Positions 1 to 14,000 are shown, counted from the stretch's first letter. The stretch: DNA of 64,000 nt from Paragordius varius (GCA_964247055.1 OZ176054.1:2232001-2296000); one strand, 5' to 3'. The notes: a model not told the origin generated them from the letters alone. Numbers and translations: made by a program.

Positions 1-298
1 AGATGAAATGGTTTAAACACTTTATATTTTACCAAATATTTGATTTTTAATCTGCATGAAGTGGTCAATTATCCCAATTTGTAGCGCATATAGACATAAA
101 TGTTTCAACTATAATTACTTGATGAATATATGTTCCACGTTCCATTGGCTAGTTTTTTTTATAAGCGATCACAGTTATGGATATAATCATAACTGGTGTG
201 TATAATATTTACTAAATGTGCTTAAAAAATTAAATTAGGTTTAAAAATACAGCTCTGTCTACAAAATTGCTAGGTTAAATAAATAGTTTTGGATAAAA

Positions 299-505
299 CA
301 GTCGTACTGAAACCACGGCCCCAAAATGCATTGTTATGGCCCTTAATCATTTATGAAAAATATTTTGATGTATATATTATGAGTAAAAATATCGGCAAAA
401 GGGCCAAACAGATATGAAATTCTAATCGGTTTTATATGGTGCACGGCGTTCCGAGACAAGATAGGGTTTTGCGGACCTTCAAAACTTTTTGTTATCACAC
501 CACTG
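299..505. mobile_element. hAT (Buster/Charlie-like) MITE, 207 bp
   Basis: Ends CAGTCGT...ACCACTG. Exact 8-bp direct repeat GGATAAAA on both sides (291-298, 506-513) with central TA, typical of Buster-type TSDs. Related ends occur at 4859, ~50007-50029 and 60798. Confidence 0.8.
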
Positions 506-2414
506 GGATAAAATATATATTTTCTCATATCAAGAAGATATGATTTAAATCTAAAAATAAATTATTGAACACCTCATCCATGAAGTATAACTTATTAGCT
601 TCGAACAAAGACTTAGGACATGACTGAGTACTTTTCTTTTTGACATAGAGCATATTCAGATTTATTAACCAATGTGCCAAATTATTTTATGAAAACATAC
701 CAATTAGTATTTAACTAAATATAGTGAGCTTTAACTTTCATTATTGTATCAATAAGATATTTATGCCAATATCTCGAATGCATTTTTAAATGTGTTCTGG
801 TTCTGGGGAAACATTATGTCAACTTAAATTTAAGTATTCAAAAACCATAAACTATAAAAACTTTAAATTACTAAACTTTGTCCACTAACTTTTTGTCCTA
901 AACAAGCCATGTGGGTAATTTCTTATTACAGTAACTATCAAGGTTTGTCATATAATTAAATGAGTTGAAACCTTATCCTGAAAATAAATTTCTATCTTGT
1001 ATACACAACTTTTAAATCGATTTTATATAAAAAAAGTGTGATCCGCATAAACATATCATTAAAGCATTATCAAATAGTCCGATATGTTAACTCTTTGAAT
1101 CATGCCCAAAAAATATTAACACCTGACTAAAGCCAATGATGAAATATTACTTGCTGTTTTTGCAATGGAAATTTAACCGGCTTTTTTTACTTTTAAACTT
1201 TATAAAATTAAACAGATTAAAAAATTGTTCTAAAAGATTTTTATTTCAATTAACCATGGTGTGTACTCTTTCGATTCTAAAAACTATGAAAATTAAAATT
1301 TGTCTCAAATTCCTAGAGAGGTCGTTAATTGGATAAATGATATGACAAAAATTTTTGATCTTACGGTCCTTAAAATTAATAATATCCATCAAATCAAACA
1401 CAAAATTAGATAATCTACTATCAATTATTTTATTTTTGATGGCAGAAATGTTACACAGTCTAAGAAAATATAATTAATAATTTTCAATCCACCAACAAAA
1501 TATTGTATTATCTTTTCAAATTTTTAAGTTCATCAAAAATTTTGAGACGAAAAATAGTGTTGATTAGAATCAATATCCAATATTTTTGACAATATCGCAT
1601 TCTCCAGAGATTTCTTTAAGCCATTCCAAGAAAACTTGAAGGAATCCTTAAAAATATATTTTTTAATAAAAAAATTTAAAAATTAATTGTAAATTTTTTT
1701 CAAAAAAAATACATCCAATTACAAAAAATGTGGCTTATTTAAACTTGTTTGTATTAATATTTTAAAAGTGGTCAATGTTTTCGGGTTGATATAAATTAAT
1801 CATTACTCTATAATTGAAAAATTTCGAATTCTGGGCAGATACTTTTTGAGGACGGGTCAAATTCTAATATTTCCTTTATAATTTGCAAACATAAATATGC
1901 ACCCGAAATATTTTTAATAATTATGTAAATAAAATTATATATATCTCAAAATCATAGGCCCCGATTATTTGTATTTTAATTTCAAAATATGCTTCACTTT
2001 TTCGTTAAACTTGTTGTCGGCAAATCTAATTTGAGGAATTTTTAATTTTATTAAGATTTTTTATTATAAAAAATTTAGATTATCAAAAGGGAAAATGGTG
2101 TGTTGATTGCTTTTTTATTGCGTTTATATGTCTCAGGTAAATTATATAAAAAATTAATTGTTACCATTAAAATTTAAAGTAAACCTTTATAAACTATATT
2201 TCGGGAAAATTTAATAAAATTATTTGCTTGAGGTAGAGATTTCTGACAGTTTCCTGGTATAAGGTAAACACACTATTAAGATGTTAAAATTTTATTATCT
2301 AGCTACTTCAGAATTTTTTATTTGAATTTTTATCTGTATATAGTCAATTTTACTCTTTGAATATAATTCTAACACAAATATTTTAAAACATTTTTAAGGG
2401 TTTAAATTGAAAAA

Positions 2415-2706
2415 AACGATTTTATTTATCTTTTACAGTAAAATTAAAATTATACGGACAAAATGTGAAAATATAAAGGCAAAATTTTTTTTCTAAAAGA
2501 CAACCATTTTTATATATAATTCCATGTAGCTTCAGGGTATGAAATAGAGATGTAAATTGGTAACACATTCAATTATATTTTATATTTGTAACTAATTATA
2601 AGGGAAAAAATAAGGTGTAAAATAGTTGTTTAGAAAATTTGTCTTTATATATATATGTTTTGTCCGTATAAATTCAATTTTCAAAGGTTTAAATTAAATA
2701 ATCGTT
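2415..2706. repeat. Imperfect inverted repeat (MITE-like foldback)
   Basis: Left arm AACGAT...TTATACGGACAAAA...TCTAAAAGACAACC mirrors right arm TAGTTGTTTAGAAAA...TTTTGTCCGTATAA...ATCGTT. Confidence 0.55.
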
Positions 2707-5337
2707 GTTGAATAACTGGTAAGAAAACAGAAAACCAGACACGTTTTTAAAACCGTAATTACGGTTGTTATATATATATATTTTTTTCAGAGAAATAGAT
2801 TAAAATAATTTGTGGCTAATATGTATATTTGCAGCTCCAAAAGCTAAGAGATTTTAATAAGTTAAAAAGTTTAAAATTAGAAGCATTTACCAATGAACGT
2901 GTAATTTATTTTTGCAATAAACAAATGGATTTTAACATTTCAGCGAAAAAGTTTTACTATTTTTTATTTTATTGTACGTTTAAAAATAAAAATCGAAGAT
3001 ATTAATAAATTTTAACAAAATAGTATTTTAGACCTAGTCTTCCCAAAAAATAGATAAACTATTTAATAAATTGATTTTCAAAATTTTAATTTCATTTAGG
3101 ACCTAAAAGTTATTCTATCTTGTCAATTTCGATCCCTCCAGTTAATACATATTTCAAGTAAAAATCTGCGTTTTACTAAACCTTTCAAATCATTGAAATG
3201 TATGCTTTTTTCAAAAAATATGGGGTCTAAAGGTTTTTATTAAGCTTTTTCGCTTCCAAGTTTCTCATAAATAATTTTGTAATTAATTAGGAAGCTATTG
3301 TCTAAATCTGTTAATAAATTTCATTTTTTTTTAAAAAAAATTAACTACCATAAATCATTTGGTTTTATATATTTATACAAAATTTCTTAACAAAACCAGG
3401 TAAAATGTATCATAGTGTTTATTTAAACCCATTGATTAATCTGTTATTTATATCATTAATAATTGAGTTTGATATATATATTATCAAAATTTTGGCAAAA
3501 ACTACATTTTTATTAATAACATATATAGACTAATATAATTATTATTATTAATTTATAAAGGATGCTAGTTAGGATTTGCAGTTATGGAGTAGTTTGTAAT
3601 ATAACAACAAAATTGATTAATAAGGTTGAGGCTTTCTTTTTCACTAATAATAAATACATGAAATCAAAAAATATGGAATTTATCATTTTTACTGTTTCCT
3701 CATTAATAAAAGTTATTAGTTATTATATTTTGATATTTTATAGAGTATCAGTCACAGTAAAATTTATATTTTTTTAACAAAATTAATATAGAGAGGAAAC
3801 CCCGAATAATTACGAATGTGGTGATCTTATTAATAAAGAGTGAATTTTTCGTCGTTCATGATCATTCTATATATATAAATAAATAGATAAATAATTTGAC
3901 CAATTCTCGTAATTTTTCATCACATTAATTTGTGAACAATATCATCGAAAATTATTATTTTTACACATCTTTTTACATAACAAAACAATAACATTTTTTT
4001 CTGTAGATCTTTTTTATTATATATATAATATATAATAACAAAATTGACCAATATCTAATATTTTATATTTTATACATTATTATTATTAATGATATTTCCA
4101 ATTAAGGTTTGTGTTTGTGGTTTTTTTTTTGAAGAGTGCTTAAATCCTCTATTCTAGCGCGGCTTTTATTTCTCGCCTATTGTGTTTTTATCTTATGACA
4201 ATTTTAGATTTTCCAACATATATAAAAGTAAAGACATAGTCGGCAAAAATAATGTTAATCAAATAAATAATCAAATAAATAAATTGATTAAATGGGAATC
4301 AAAATAAGAGGGGAACACACACACACTAAAAAAATTAAGAAAAATAGAGACAAATTCAACCAACATTTTCACGCATTTCAAAAATGCTCGCTTTTGAATC
4401 ACATTTCAAAAAACATTCTAAATAATTTGATTAAAAAGGCATTTAAGGATATTCTGAGAGATAGTTTTTATTTATTATTATAATTTTGCTTGTGGTGCTT
4501 TAATTTAAAATCATTGTGTGCGTTATCAAAGAGATTTTGATTTTTCGCCGCTCAATCATTTTAATGGGCAAAAACATGATTTTTACGAAAACCTTTTGTT
4601 AAAATTATAATTGGAAAATTTAAGAAACGAAAATCAATGACCCTAATTTAGAGTTGCCTCCTCATTCTTATTTTTTAATTAAAAATGAAAAGTATCTAAA
4701 AGATGGTTAGTTTATTTATGGATTTTTAAAACTTTTAATTGCTAAAATACTTTAAATTTTACAAATTTCAGTCTTGTATTGAAAATATATCAGTTATGAT
4801 TCATTGACTCTATCAATAACACAATTTACCTTTGGGCATCATCTTTAAATATTTAAACCAGTGATACTCAAACCGCGGCCCGCGGGCCGCATGCGGCCCT
4901 AAGAGTTCTTTAAAATTGCCCTATGACCATATTGATACTTATTATTTTTTTAACACATAAACGATTTTCGATCATTTTAATAATAATTTATTTTCTTTAA
5001 TTTAATTTTGGTAGTTTTTATTTTTTACCCAATTCGAAATGTAGAAAAATTTCCCTATATTAAAATAAGTTAAAAATTTTGGCCCACGTTGTTTCTGTTT
5101 CTGTTTTTTTTCTATTTTGAAATTTTTATTGCATTCCTTTTTTGTATTTAGGCAAGCCTTTCACCCAAACTTGCATATACATAATCTTTTCTATCCTGCC
5201 TCATTTTTTATAATTCCCCATAAAATATTTTTCAAACAAACATCATTAAATTCTAACTTGTTTTTTTATAGCGTAATTCAAATTATATTTGTATTTTTTG
5301 ATAAAATTTACATAATATTTAAATATAAATTCAAAGG

Positions 5338-6390
5338 ATGACATCTTATACTAAAATACGTAAATTATCCAATGAAAATCGCTCTTTAAAAAGAATGGGA
5401 AGAAAAATTCTTTGTCGTTTAAATAAAAATGTTGTTACCTGCCTTATATGTAAGGACAACATAATTATAAAAAATACAATATTGAAAAAAATTTTACAAT
5501 CCTTCTCATCTATTACCAGAAAATCATGAGGAAAAACGAAAAATATAAAAAGATTAAGGAATTATACTAGAGAGACCGCTGTAAATTCGAAAACCTTCTG
5601 AAAGATATCCACAGTGAGTTTTATTATATTCTTTTGTACACCGCTGTGAAATGGCTAAGCCTTAGCAAAGTATTAAATAGATTTTTTGTTTTAAGATATG
5701 AAATTCTATTATTTATAAAACAGAAAGTTTGACGAGGAAATTAATAGTGACATATGATGGGTTTTATTAGCCTACCTTTGCAACATTACTTATAAACTTT
5801 TTTAGTACGTCGTCAAGGAAGTTAAATAAAAACCCAATTTGCTAATCAAATATCTTTAAAAATTAATAATATAAACTAGATTTTATAAATTAAACACTCC
5901 TATATTTTCCAACACTTAAAACGATTCATGGAGAAAATATGGAATTTACCGTGGAGGTTATTTCACTAATAGACAATTATTTAACATTTTTATTTAATAA
6001 AAAATTCAGATTTAGGAATTAAGAAATATTAAAAATTGCTTAAAACTCGTTGAAAATCCATGATAGATATATTCAATATTAAACAACTTGAGCATTTCGG
6101 TTTTGATCAGGCGCATATCATTGAAGACTTCGTATGTTTTAAATATTCCAATTTTTTAAAGAGAATCGTAGAGAAGAAAGATATGTAGAGTTTTGGCAAG
6201 ATGTGCCAAATAAATATGAAAATATAAAAAAATGTGCTCAAGTTATCCTAACTCTTTTTCCCTCATTATACGTGTGAGACGTCATATTCAAAAATAAAAT
6301 ATGTCAAGAATACATACAGAAATCGCTTAACCGATGATCATATGGACGACGTATTAAGATTGGCCTGTCATGTGGTGAAACCGAATTTGT
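5338..6390 (+). pseudogene. Decayed, internally deleted Buster/GTF2IRD2-type hAT transposase
   Basis: N-terminal KIRKLSNENRS...VTCLICK matches the SPIN/Charlie zinc-finger region. The C-terminal end reads, across frameshifts, as TCETSYSKIKYVKNTYRNRLTDDHMDDVLRLAC (hAT dimerisation domain). Confidence 0.75.
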
Positions 6391-6950
6391 CAAAAAACAT
6401 TGGTTAATATCGAAATAAAAATTGTTATCAAAATATTTTAATTTAAATTAAATGGAAAATCTTAGCTGGTTTTACATGCGATCCGCAAAAAATTCATTGT
6501 GCTGATTTAAAGTATAAATATTTGCATATGTGTTAAATAGCTATGTATTTGCCATTATAAGGATCATGGCTAAGGTGACCAGACGTCCCGCTTTTGGCGG
6601 GACAGTCCCGCTTTTTCACACTTTGTCCCGCCTCCCGCTACGTTTTAAAATGTCCCGCTTTTTCACGATTATATAAAAAAAATTTTTTAATACAAATAAA
6701 TTTTTTTATCCGTTTAAATTTTAAATTAAAATTTTTTATTTTTATTTTAAAAATATTTATTTTTTTTCGAATTTATATCATATTATACACTTTGCTTCCT
6801 ACTACTACTGTCATCATTATCAAAAGCCAAGTTAATACCACAAATCGGTAGCTTAAAAGACAAATTGATACCACAAATCGGTACCTTACAAGTTTATTCT
6901 AGAAAATTAAGGTAATATAATATTTATTATACTAATAGTAGTTTATAAAT

Positions 6951-8720
6951 ATGAGCACAAAAAGAGGTAATTCAACGATGAATTAATGAAAGATTTTCCT
7001 TTAGCAAAAAAACGAAGAATGAATCATTTGTTAAATGTCTTATATGCGAGGGGGAATTCACCCTAGCACATGGAAGCATGATACTACAAAGCATATGGAA
7101 ACACAGAAACATAAAAAACGTTTATATATGGCGGCATCCTCTTACAAAATGAGCGATTTTTTTCGAAAAACCGCATTTGGAGTCTTTTCACGCCGTTAAT
7201 CACAATCATTCCTTTAGATCTATGGACTGTATCTAGGTTTTTCGCACATTATTCCATAAAAAATTTACATGTGCCCGTATAAAGGCCAAAGCCATTGTGT
7301 GCAATGTCCTTTCGCCACATGCATTTTGTGAAATACAAAAAGATTTGCTGAAAATTAATATCTTATCCCTATACTCTGATGCATCAAATCACCATGAAGC
7401 AAAATTATTTCCCAAAATTTCAGATTTAATTTCTCTACCCGGTGTAAATTCCGAAAGTATATTTACTCCAATAATGAATATTCTAGAAAAAAATAATTTA
7501 AAAGACAAAATTATCGCATATTGCGCTGACAACACCAATACGAACTTTGGTGGAAAAGCAAGGAGGGGAACAAAAAATACTTTTCATAAATTAACAGATA
7601 ATCTTAATCAAAACATTATTGGCGTAGGGTGTGCAGCGCATATAATACACAACGCTATTCAAACAGCTGCAGATTTGTTGCCCTTAGATGTGGAAAATGT
7701 AGTTGTTAAAATATATTCCTATTTTTATGTATACACGGTACGTGTTGAAACGATTAAAGAATTCTGTGAAAATGCAGAAATATCAAAAAATGCTTGGATA
7801 TTGTAAAACTCGTTGGTTAGCTTTTATGTCAGCTATCGAAAGTATTTTAAAAATGTATGATCCTTTAAAATTTTTTTTATCACGGGACAAATGTCCTTCA
7901 ACTTTAAAAAAGTTTTTTGAAAGTGATTCTTCAAAAATATGGTTATTCTTACATAATCAAGCTTCTCTGTTTCAAAATGTTATTAAATTTATAGAAGGTG
8001 ACAAAATCTCGGCAATCGAAGTAGCCAATGAAGTTAGTAACCTAAAATTCCAATGTCAAGAACGGTTAGAAAATAATTTTATACCATTAACCATCCGTAT
8101 TATAATAAATAATTTAGAAAAACAAGGCTTAATAAATCGCCAAGATATCCTGTACCATATAAAAATGTTTTATACTAACTGTAAAGATTATTTGGAAGAT
8201 TGGACGACGCAATTCAATGAAATTGATCATTTTCATTGGATAACATTAAAATCAGAATTTAATTGGTGCGATGTTCAGAAATCATGATTATATCTGCTCC
8301 CAAAAATTATCAAAAAGTAATCTTTCAGAAAATGATCTTTTTTCTAAACTATTAGTTAAAAGATATATTAATAATGAAAAACTTAAATTATGGACAAAAG
8401 AAAAATATACAGTAGAAAAGAAATGGTTGGAAATATTTCATCATTTTGAAGCCAACTATAATACATACAATAATATTTTAAAAATTGTGGAATTCGCACT
8501 ATCTTTACCTGGAACCAACGCTGCTACTGAGCGCGTTTTTTTCCACAGTAAATCAGGCGTGGACATTGGAAAAATCAAATTTAAATGTTGAAACTTTAAA
8601 GGCCGTCTTATCTGTCAAATATAATTTGACAAATTCTTGTAAAGACTTTTCTACAATATTTTAAAAAATGATGACAATCTGCTAAAACGCATTCGCTCAA
8701 AAAAATATACCAATGAATAA
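6951..8720 (+). pseudogene. Frameshifted hAT transposase of copy A
   Basis: ORF fragments carry hAT motifs: BED-like C2H2, LYSDASNH and YCADNTN (catalytic D residues), GCAAHIIHN (CxxH), KTRWLA, and PGTNAATERVF (catalytic E). Several frameshifts. Confidence 0.9.
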
Positions 8721-8774
8721 AATATTTTCTTATAATTAAGTTTTTTTGTTAAAAAATAAACAAAATTACTTAAA

Positions 8775-9585
8775 ATATTGTGTAAGTCTTCATAATTTGT
8801 CAAATTATATTTGAACACATAAAATGGTTTTTATTCAACATTTAAATTTGATTTCGTGTCCTTACTTAATTTACTGTGGAAAAACGCGTTCAATAGCAGT
8901 GGTTCAGGTAAAGATAATGCAAATTCTACATTAAAATATTGTATGGAACATAATTTGTTTAAAAATGATTATTTTAACCATTTCTATCCTACGTTTTTTC
9001 TGTTGTCCATAATTTAAGTTTTCATTCAATATATTTATTTAATAATGAAACTTCATAAAAAGTGTCATTGTGCACCGTCTTGTCTTCCAAATAATCGTCT
9101 CTGTTTGTATAAAACATTTTTATATTCTGGATATTCATTGAGCCTTGTTTTTCTGGATGTTTTATAATATTGCGATTAGGTAATGGTATATTTTCTAACC
9201 TTTTTTGACTTGGAATTTTGACCTTTGTCCTGTGATAAAAAATAGGATTCTAGGAGATCACATTTTTATAAATATTTCAATCGCTGGCAAAAGAGCTAAC
9301 CAACAGTTCTACAATATCCAAGCATTTTAACATCTATATTTTCTACATCCAGGGTTAACAAATCAGTAGCTGTCTGAATAGCGTTGTGTATCTGCCAATA
9401 ATTTTTTAATTAAGATTATTCGCTAAATTGTGAAAATATTTTTTGTGCCGCTTCTTGCATCACCCAGCGCACTTTGTGATGATTTCGTCTTTATTATTCT
9501 TTTCTAGAATATTACAATCACTTCACCCTTTGTTCGTGCACATGTAAATTTAATGAATAAGGTACAAACAACCTGTAAGGTACAA
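8775..9585 (-). repeat. Inverted, internally deleted duplicate of the transposase gene inside copy A
   Basis: The reverse complement of 8856-8930 matches 8485-8565, 9355-9395 matches 7645-7700, and 9520-9585 matches ~7225-7290. Segments are colinear, with many deletions. Confidence 0.9.
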
Positions 9586-9935
9586 ATTTTTTATTTTTAT
9601 AATGTATTTGTGTTAAAAATAAATAAATATTACAATAATTTTTTGTATAAAAATTATTGGTTGTACCCCCCAATGACCCCCTCTCAGATTTGTCCCGCTT
9701 TTTCCTTAAAAAAATCTGGTCACCTTAATCATGGCCCTCGAAAACAAAATATATTTTATTTGGCCCGTCAAATTTTTTTGGTGAGTACCACTGATTTAAA
9801 CCCCTAATTTTATTTCACCCTAAAATATTTCAAATTAATTATGTGTTTCTGTCCGTTGACCCATAAAATTTAAATATTTGACTTATAAAACTGTTTTATA
9901 TCGTAAAAGTTATAAAGTATATATATAAATATATG

Positions 9936-11056
9936 CCAGGTGTAATAAGATTTGACTGGTTTAATTTAGAGAATAATTTAGCGAAAAAGTGCGCAGGCGA
10001 TAAATTTATCCGGGCCCATTTTCTTTATTACTGAATTCCAAACACACACAATGTGCTTTCGCAAAGAACTAGCCTCTTGTTCTTACAGTTCAATCATGTC
10101 GATTGCCTGAAAGGAACAATGCGGATGCATTGCCATAACAAAAAATATTAAATTTTTATTTGTTGTTAGAAATATATGATGAACATGATCGATGAACACA
10201 TGTGACTACGCTTCGAAGTAATAAAAGTTGTGATTTCATGTAAAGTTTAAGCGCTCTGGTAGACCACACAAATAGAAAGAATGTGCAAGAGTTATTGGAT
10301 GATGCCCAACTCAAAATTAACAACAATTGGCTGAAGTATTATATATATCACAAAAAACAATTAATAGTTGATAACGAGCAATGGGTAGGACCAATAAACT
10401 CAGTAAATGGGTTTCACATAATTTAAAACGAATCGAGAATCGTAAAGTGACTTGTAGAATCCTCCTTCAAAGTCAGAAAAAGAATCATTTTGGCATTAAA
10501 TTGAAAGGGTGATAAGAAACAACTTTATTTTGTGATTCCAAAGAGAGAAAATTTTGACTTTCATCTTGCCAAGCCAGTCCATTACCACCGAGGCCAAATC
10601 GCATCGGCAAGGATACCGTGCTCTGTGTCTGATGGAATCAGAGCGATATTGTTTACTATTAACTTTTGAAACCCAGTTAAACCGTTTATACAGAGCGCTA
10701 TTGCCAAAAAATGATTAATTTGAACCATGCATTATTGAAAAAGAACCGGAACAGAAGACATAACAAAGTGATTTTGCTAAGCGACAATACGCCGTCTCAA
10801 AGAGCGAAACGAGTAATTTACCTTGAAATAAATAGTAAATTCTTTGTTAACCGTTGTCTCCTGACCTGGAACCATCTGACTAATACAATTTTGCATCAAT
10901 GAAGGAGCAGATTGAATAATTTTAATGGTTTGTCGCAAAAGTCAGTTTTTCTGGCACATTTATATGGTACTTTAGCGATAAGGAAATGTAGAGAAGCCGA
11001 TGTGCATTATTATGAATATGCTCAAATATTATTTATTACCAATATCATATACACAA
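9936..11056 (+). mobile_element. Decayed mariner (Mos1/mauritiana-like) element, copy 1
   Basis: Left end CCAGGTGTA resembles the Mos1 TIR. Remnants translate to RSGRP, KWVSHNL (WVPHEL), GDKK, TVLCV*WNQSDIVYY*LLKP, MINLNHAL, VILLSDNTPS, SPDLEPSD and WFVAK, colinear with Mos1 transposase. Many stops. Right TIR is only weakly recognisable. Confidence 0.85.
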
Positions 11057-14000
11057 AAATGTAAATTAACATTTATGATCAATGTAAGTTTTGGAATATC
11101 ACCCCTCTGTTGTCATTATACTTTGATTTAAAATGTGCTACTTCTCTTCTAAATATTTAAATTTACAATAAAATAAAACCCATATTGTAAATATATAAAG
11201 TTAAGGTTGTAATAAAAATCGTCATAGTCAGGAAACATATTTTTAAAATTGTTTGATCAGAGCCAAGAACAGTTTCAGCCATTTCTGTAATTTTGAGTTA
11301 CCCAACGGTTCAAGAAAAAGCAAATCAAATTGCGCATACACAATATCGTGCATGGAATTTTTAAGGTATACATATTAAAATATTAAAAAATTGCGCATAC
11401 AAGCATCACAGAATAAATCACTTATCGATGTGCCGCTAAATTTTAATATAATTGGATAATGTATTTCTATCTCACACAACAAATACATTAGTAAATTAAT
11501 GAATAAAATACAATATATATAATAATTTAAGAAAAAATATATTATTGCTTAAACAAACTGAAAAAAACTGTAAAAAAAATCCAAGTTGATTATCTCAAAA
11601 GCTTGAGAGGAGAGAACAGTTGATTTCCCCGCCAAATCAAAGAGTAACTATCTCGCTATATGTTTTTTAATCAATAAAATTAGTAAATTGATTAAATTAC
11701 ATTTTTGCTTTATATGATAAAATTATAAAAATTAATAAATAAATAAATAAAAAGTAAACTAAATAAAATATAAGATAATATAAATCTTCTTCGTTTTTAC
11801 AGAAACAAAACTGCGGTAAATTTAACGCGTTAACGAACATTTATTCTGAGGCAATAATTTTAAAAATATAAAGATAATACGCAAAAAAGGGCATTATAGC
11901 AATATTAGGAGTCTGACTTAGAGTTTGTTAAATCATGTGTAATAATTTGATTATCTTTTAACTTAATTAATGTGCTGTGTACAAAGAATAACGGTTGAAT
12001 GTACTTTTAACCTGTATACATTTTCAAAAAATATATAGTCAAGACTCTTTTTTTCCTTTTAGATTAAAGGGCAAGAACTTATATTGTATGATGACTTGTG
12101 ATAATTTAAGAAGACTCGTCCGCCCCAGGTGAACTAAATGAGAGTGATGATAGAAAAATTGCGCAGTTTCGGGTTAGAACTCTCGGCGCCCTATATATCA
12201 TCACGCTTTCTTTAATCCATTTACCTTAAAGGAAGTCAAATTTAATAATTAAAAGTTATAAAGTTAACCATGTATTTGTGTTATTACGAATTCATTTTTT
12301 AAGAGATGTAAGGATTGAAACCGAAACCGTTTTGGATAACGGTTCTAGATCTGAATGTTTTGAAAAAGGGGTTCTTGACAAAATATTTCAATTCTAAGAA
12401 TATTTTTAATTTTTATCTAAATTTACGGAAAGTCTCTTTAATTGTGTGGACAAAGTCGTAATAATATAAGCACATTTTAGCCACGAATTTAATCGTATTA
12501 ATTTACTTTTTGTTTGGATATTCAAATGCTTAAGGGAATAATATTATAAATAAATTCTATATTGTTAAATTTACTTTTTTAGGCTTAAACATTTCCAAAA
12601 AAAGTGATAATTTCGGTTGAATTTGCCGACTATCTGTTTATATGAAGCTTATAAGTCTTTAGTATTGTGACTTAAATGCGTTCGCGATCTATTTGGAAAA
12701 TCCATTCGCATAAAACATGTATGGAAAGACAATTTTTGGTCAGTTTTTGGTTTTTTAGACAGAAATATCGATATGTAATATCTTGGCGCTCACATTTTCC
12801 TTTAATTGATAACAAAGAGTAGTGCTTTTTCAGATAAAAAAAACGGATATTTCGATACTTGTAATCAAAAGATTCGTAGATGTAAGGGCGCATTTAGACA
12901 GGTCAGCGGTTCAAACACTAAAGCGTTTGATCCGTAGGTACTAAAGGGAAAATGTCCTAGTTATGAAATAGTATTACAAAAAAATTCCGCTTTAACAATG
13001 ACCTAAATTGTGTGAAATTTGTTGCGAAAAAATTAAAATAATTTAGTAAAATATTAAGTTAAGACGTTAAACAATTTTACGTATGAAAAAAAATGCTTTG
13101 ATTTTGAAGCATGTTACATTTCTTTCACAAAAGTTGAAGTGTTCGGGCAAGTCTAACAATTTAAGTATATATCAAAGTACAAACTGTCACATTAAAATAA
13201 AAAAAGTTTATTTTATATGGAGATTTAGAATGAAAACTATCCAATTTTCATCTTAAAAATCACACAGGTATTATGATATTTTGAACCAGTTCCACTTTAT
13301 GGGGCGGAATTCTAGACCAGTATATGGAAGCATTAGGGATAGTTTTAAATCCTTTTTCTATTTCTGTCACTAGGAATAATTATAGAAACTTTAACTATTA
13401 TTTAGAAAGAATTTCTTATTGCAAACTTGAGTACACAATTGTAATTATTAATCACTGCTTATTATGAGAAAATTTTTTATTTTAAATTACAAACTTATCA
13501 TCCCCCCAGAAAAGTTTAACATAAAATTGAACATTACTATAGCCATCAAAAAAAGATTTAAATTATAAGAATCCTAAAACAATGCAGTTGCCATTGTTAA
13601 AAAAATTTGAAACAATCGCTTGATATTGTAGATATGACCGATGAATCTTATGTGTGTGTGAAAGAATTATTTCACTAATAAATGTGTATTCTTGTTCCCT
13701 TTCCAAACTTAAAATAAAAAACTTACTTACAATAAGAGTGTACAAGGTGAAATGATGATGGTTTTAAATCCAAGTTTACTTTTAAAATTTTTTAAAAAAA
13801 ACATTTTATTTTTGTTTAGAAGTCAGAAACATACGATTTAAAGATTCAAAAAATGGCTTATATAAGAACAATGAAAGTCAATTCAATTCAGCTCAAATCC
13901 ATAACAAATGGATACAATTTCTATATTGATAATCGTATATGCATTTCAGGTATTAAAAGACAATGTATATATTTATCAGGATAAAATGTAAGATTAACAA

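Larger units (their letters stand above)
6571..9727 (+). mobile_element. hAT-Blackjack-like DNA transposon, copy A (3157 bp)
   Basis: Perfect 13-bp TIRs TAAGGTGACCAGA / TCTGGTCACCTTA. Exact 8-bp TSD ATCATGGC (6563-6570, 9728-9735). Repeated GTCCCGC/GCGGGAC subterminal motifs resemble MER81/MER94-type ends. Confidence 0.92.
4859..9793 (+). mobile_element. hAT Buster/Charlie(SPIN)-like DNA transposon, interrupted by a nested hAT at 6571-9727
   Basis: TIRs CAGTGATACTCA / TGAGTACCACTG (11 of 12 match). Exact TSD ATTTAAAC (4851-4858, 9794-9801). Transposase remnants inside. Confidence 0.9.
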
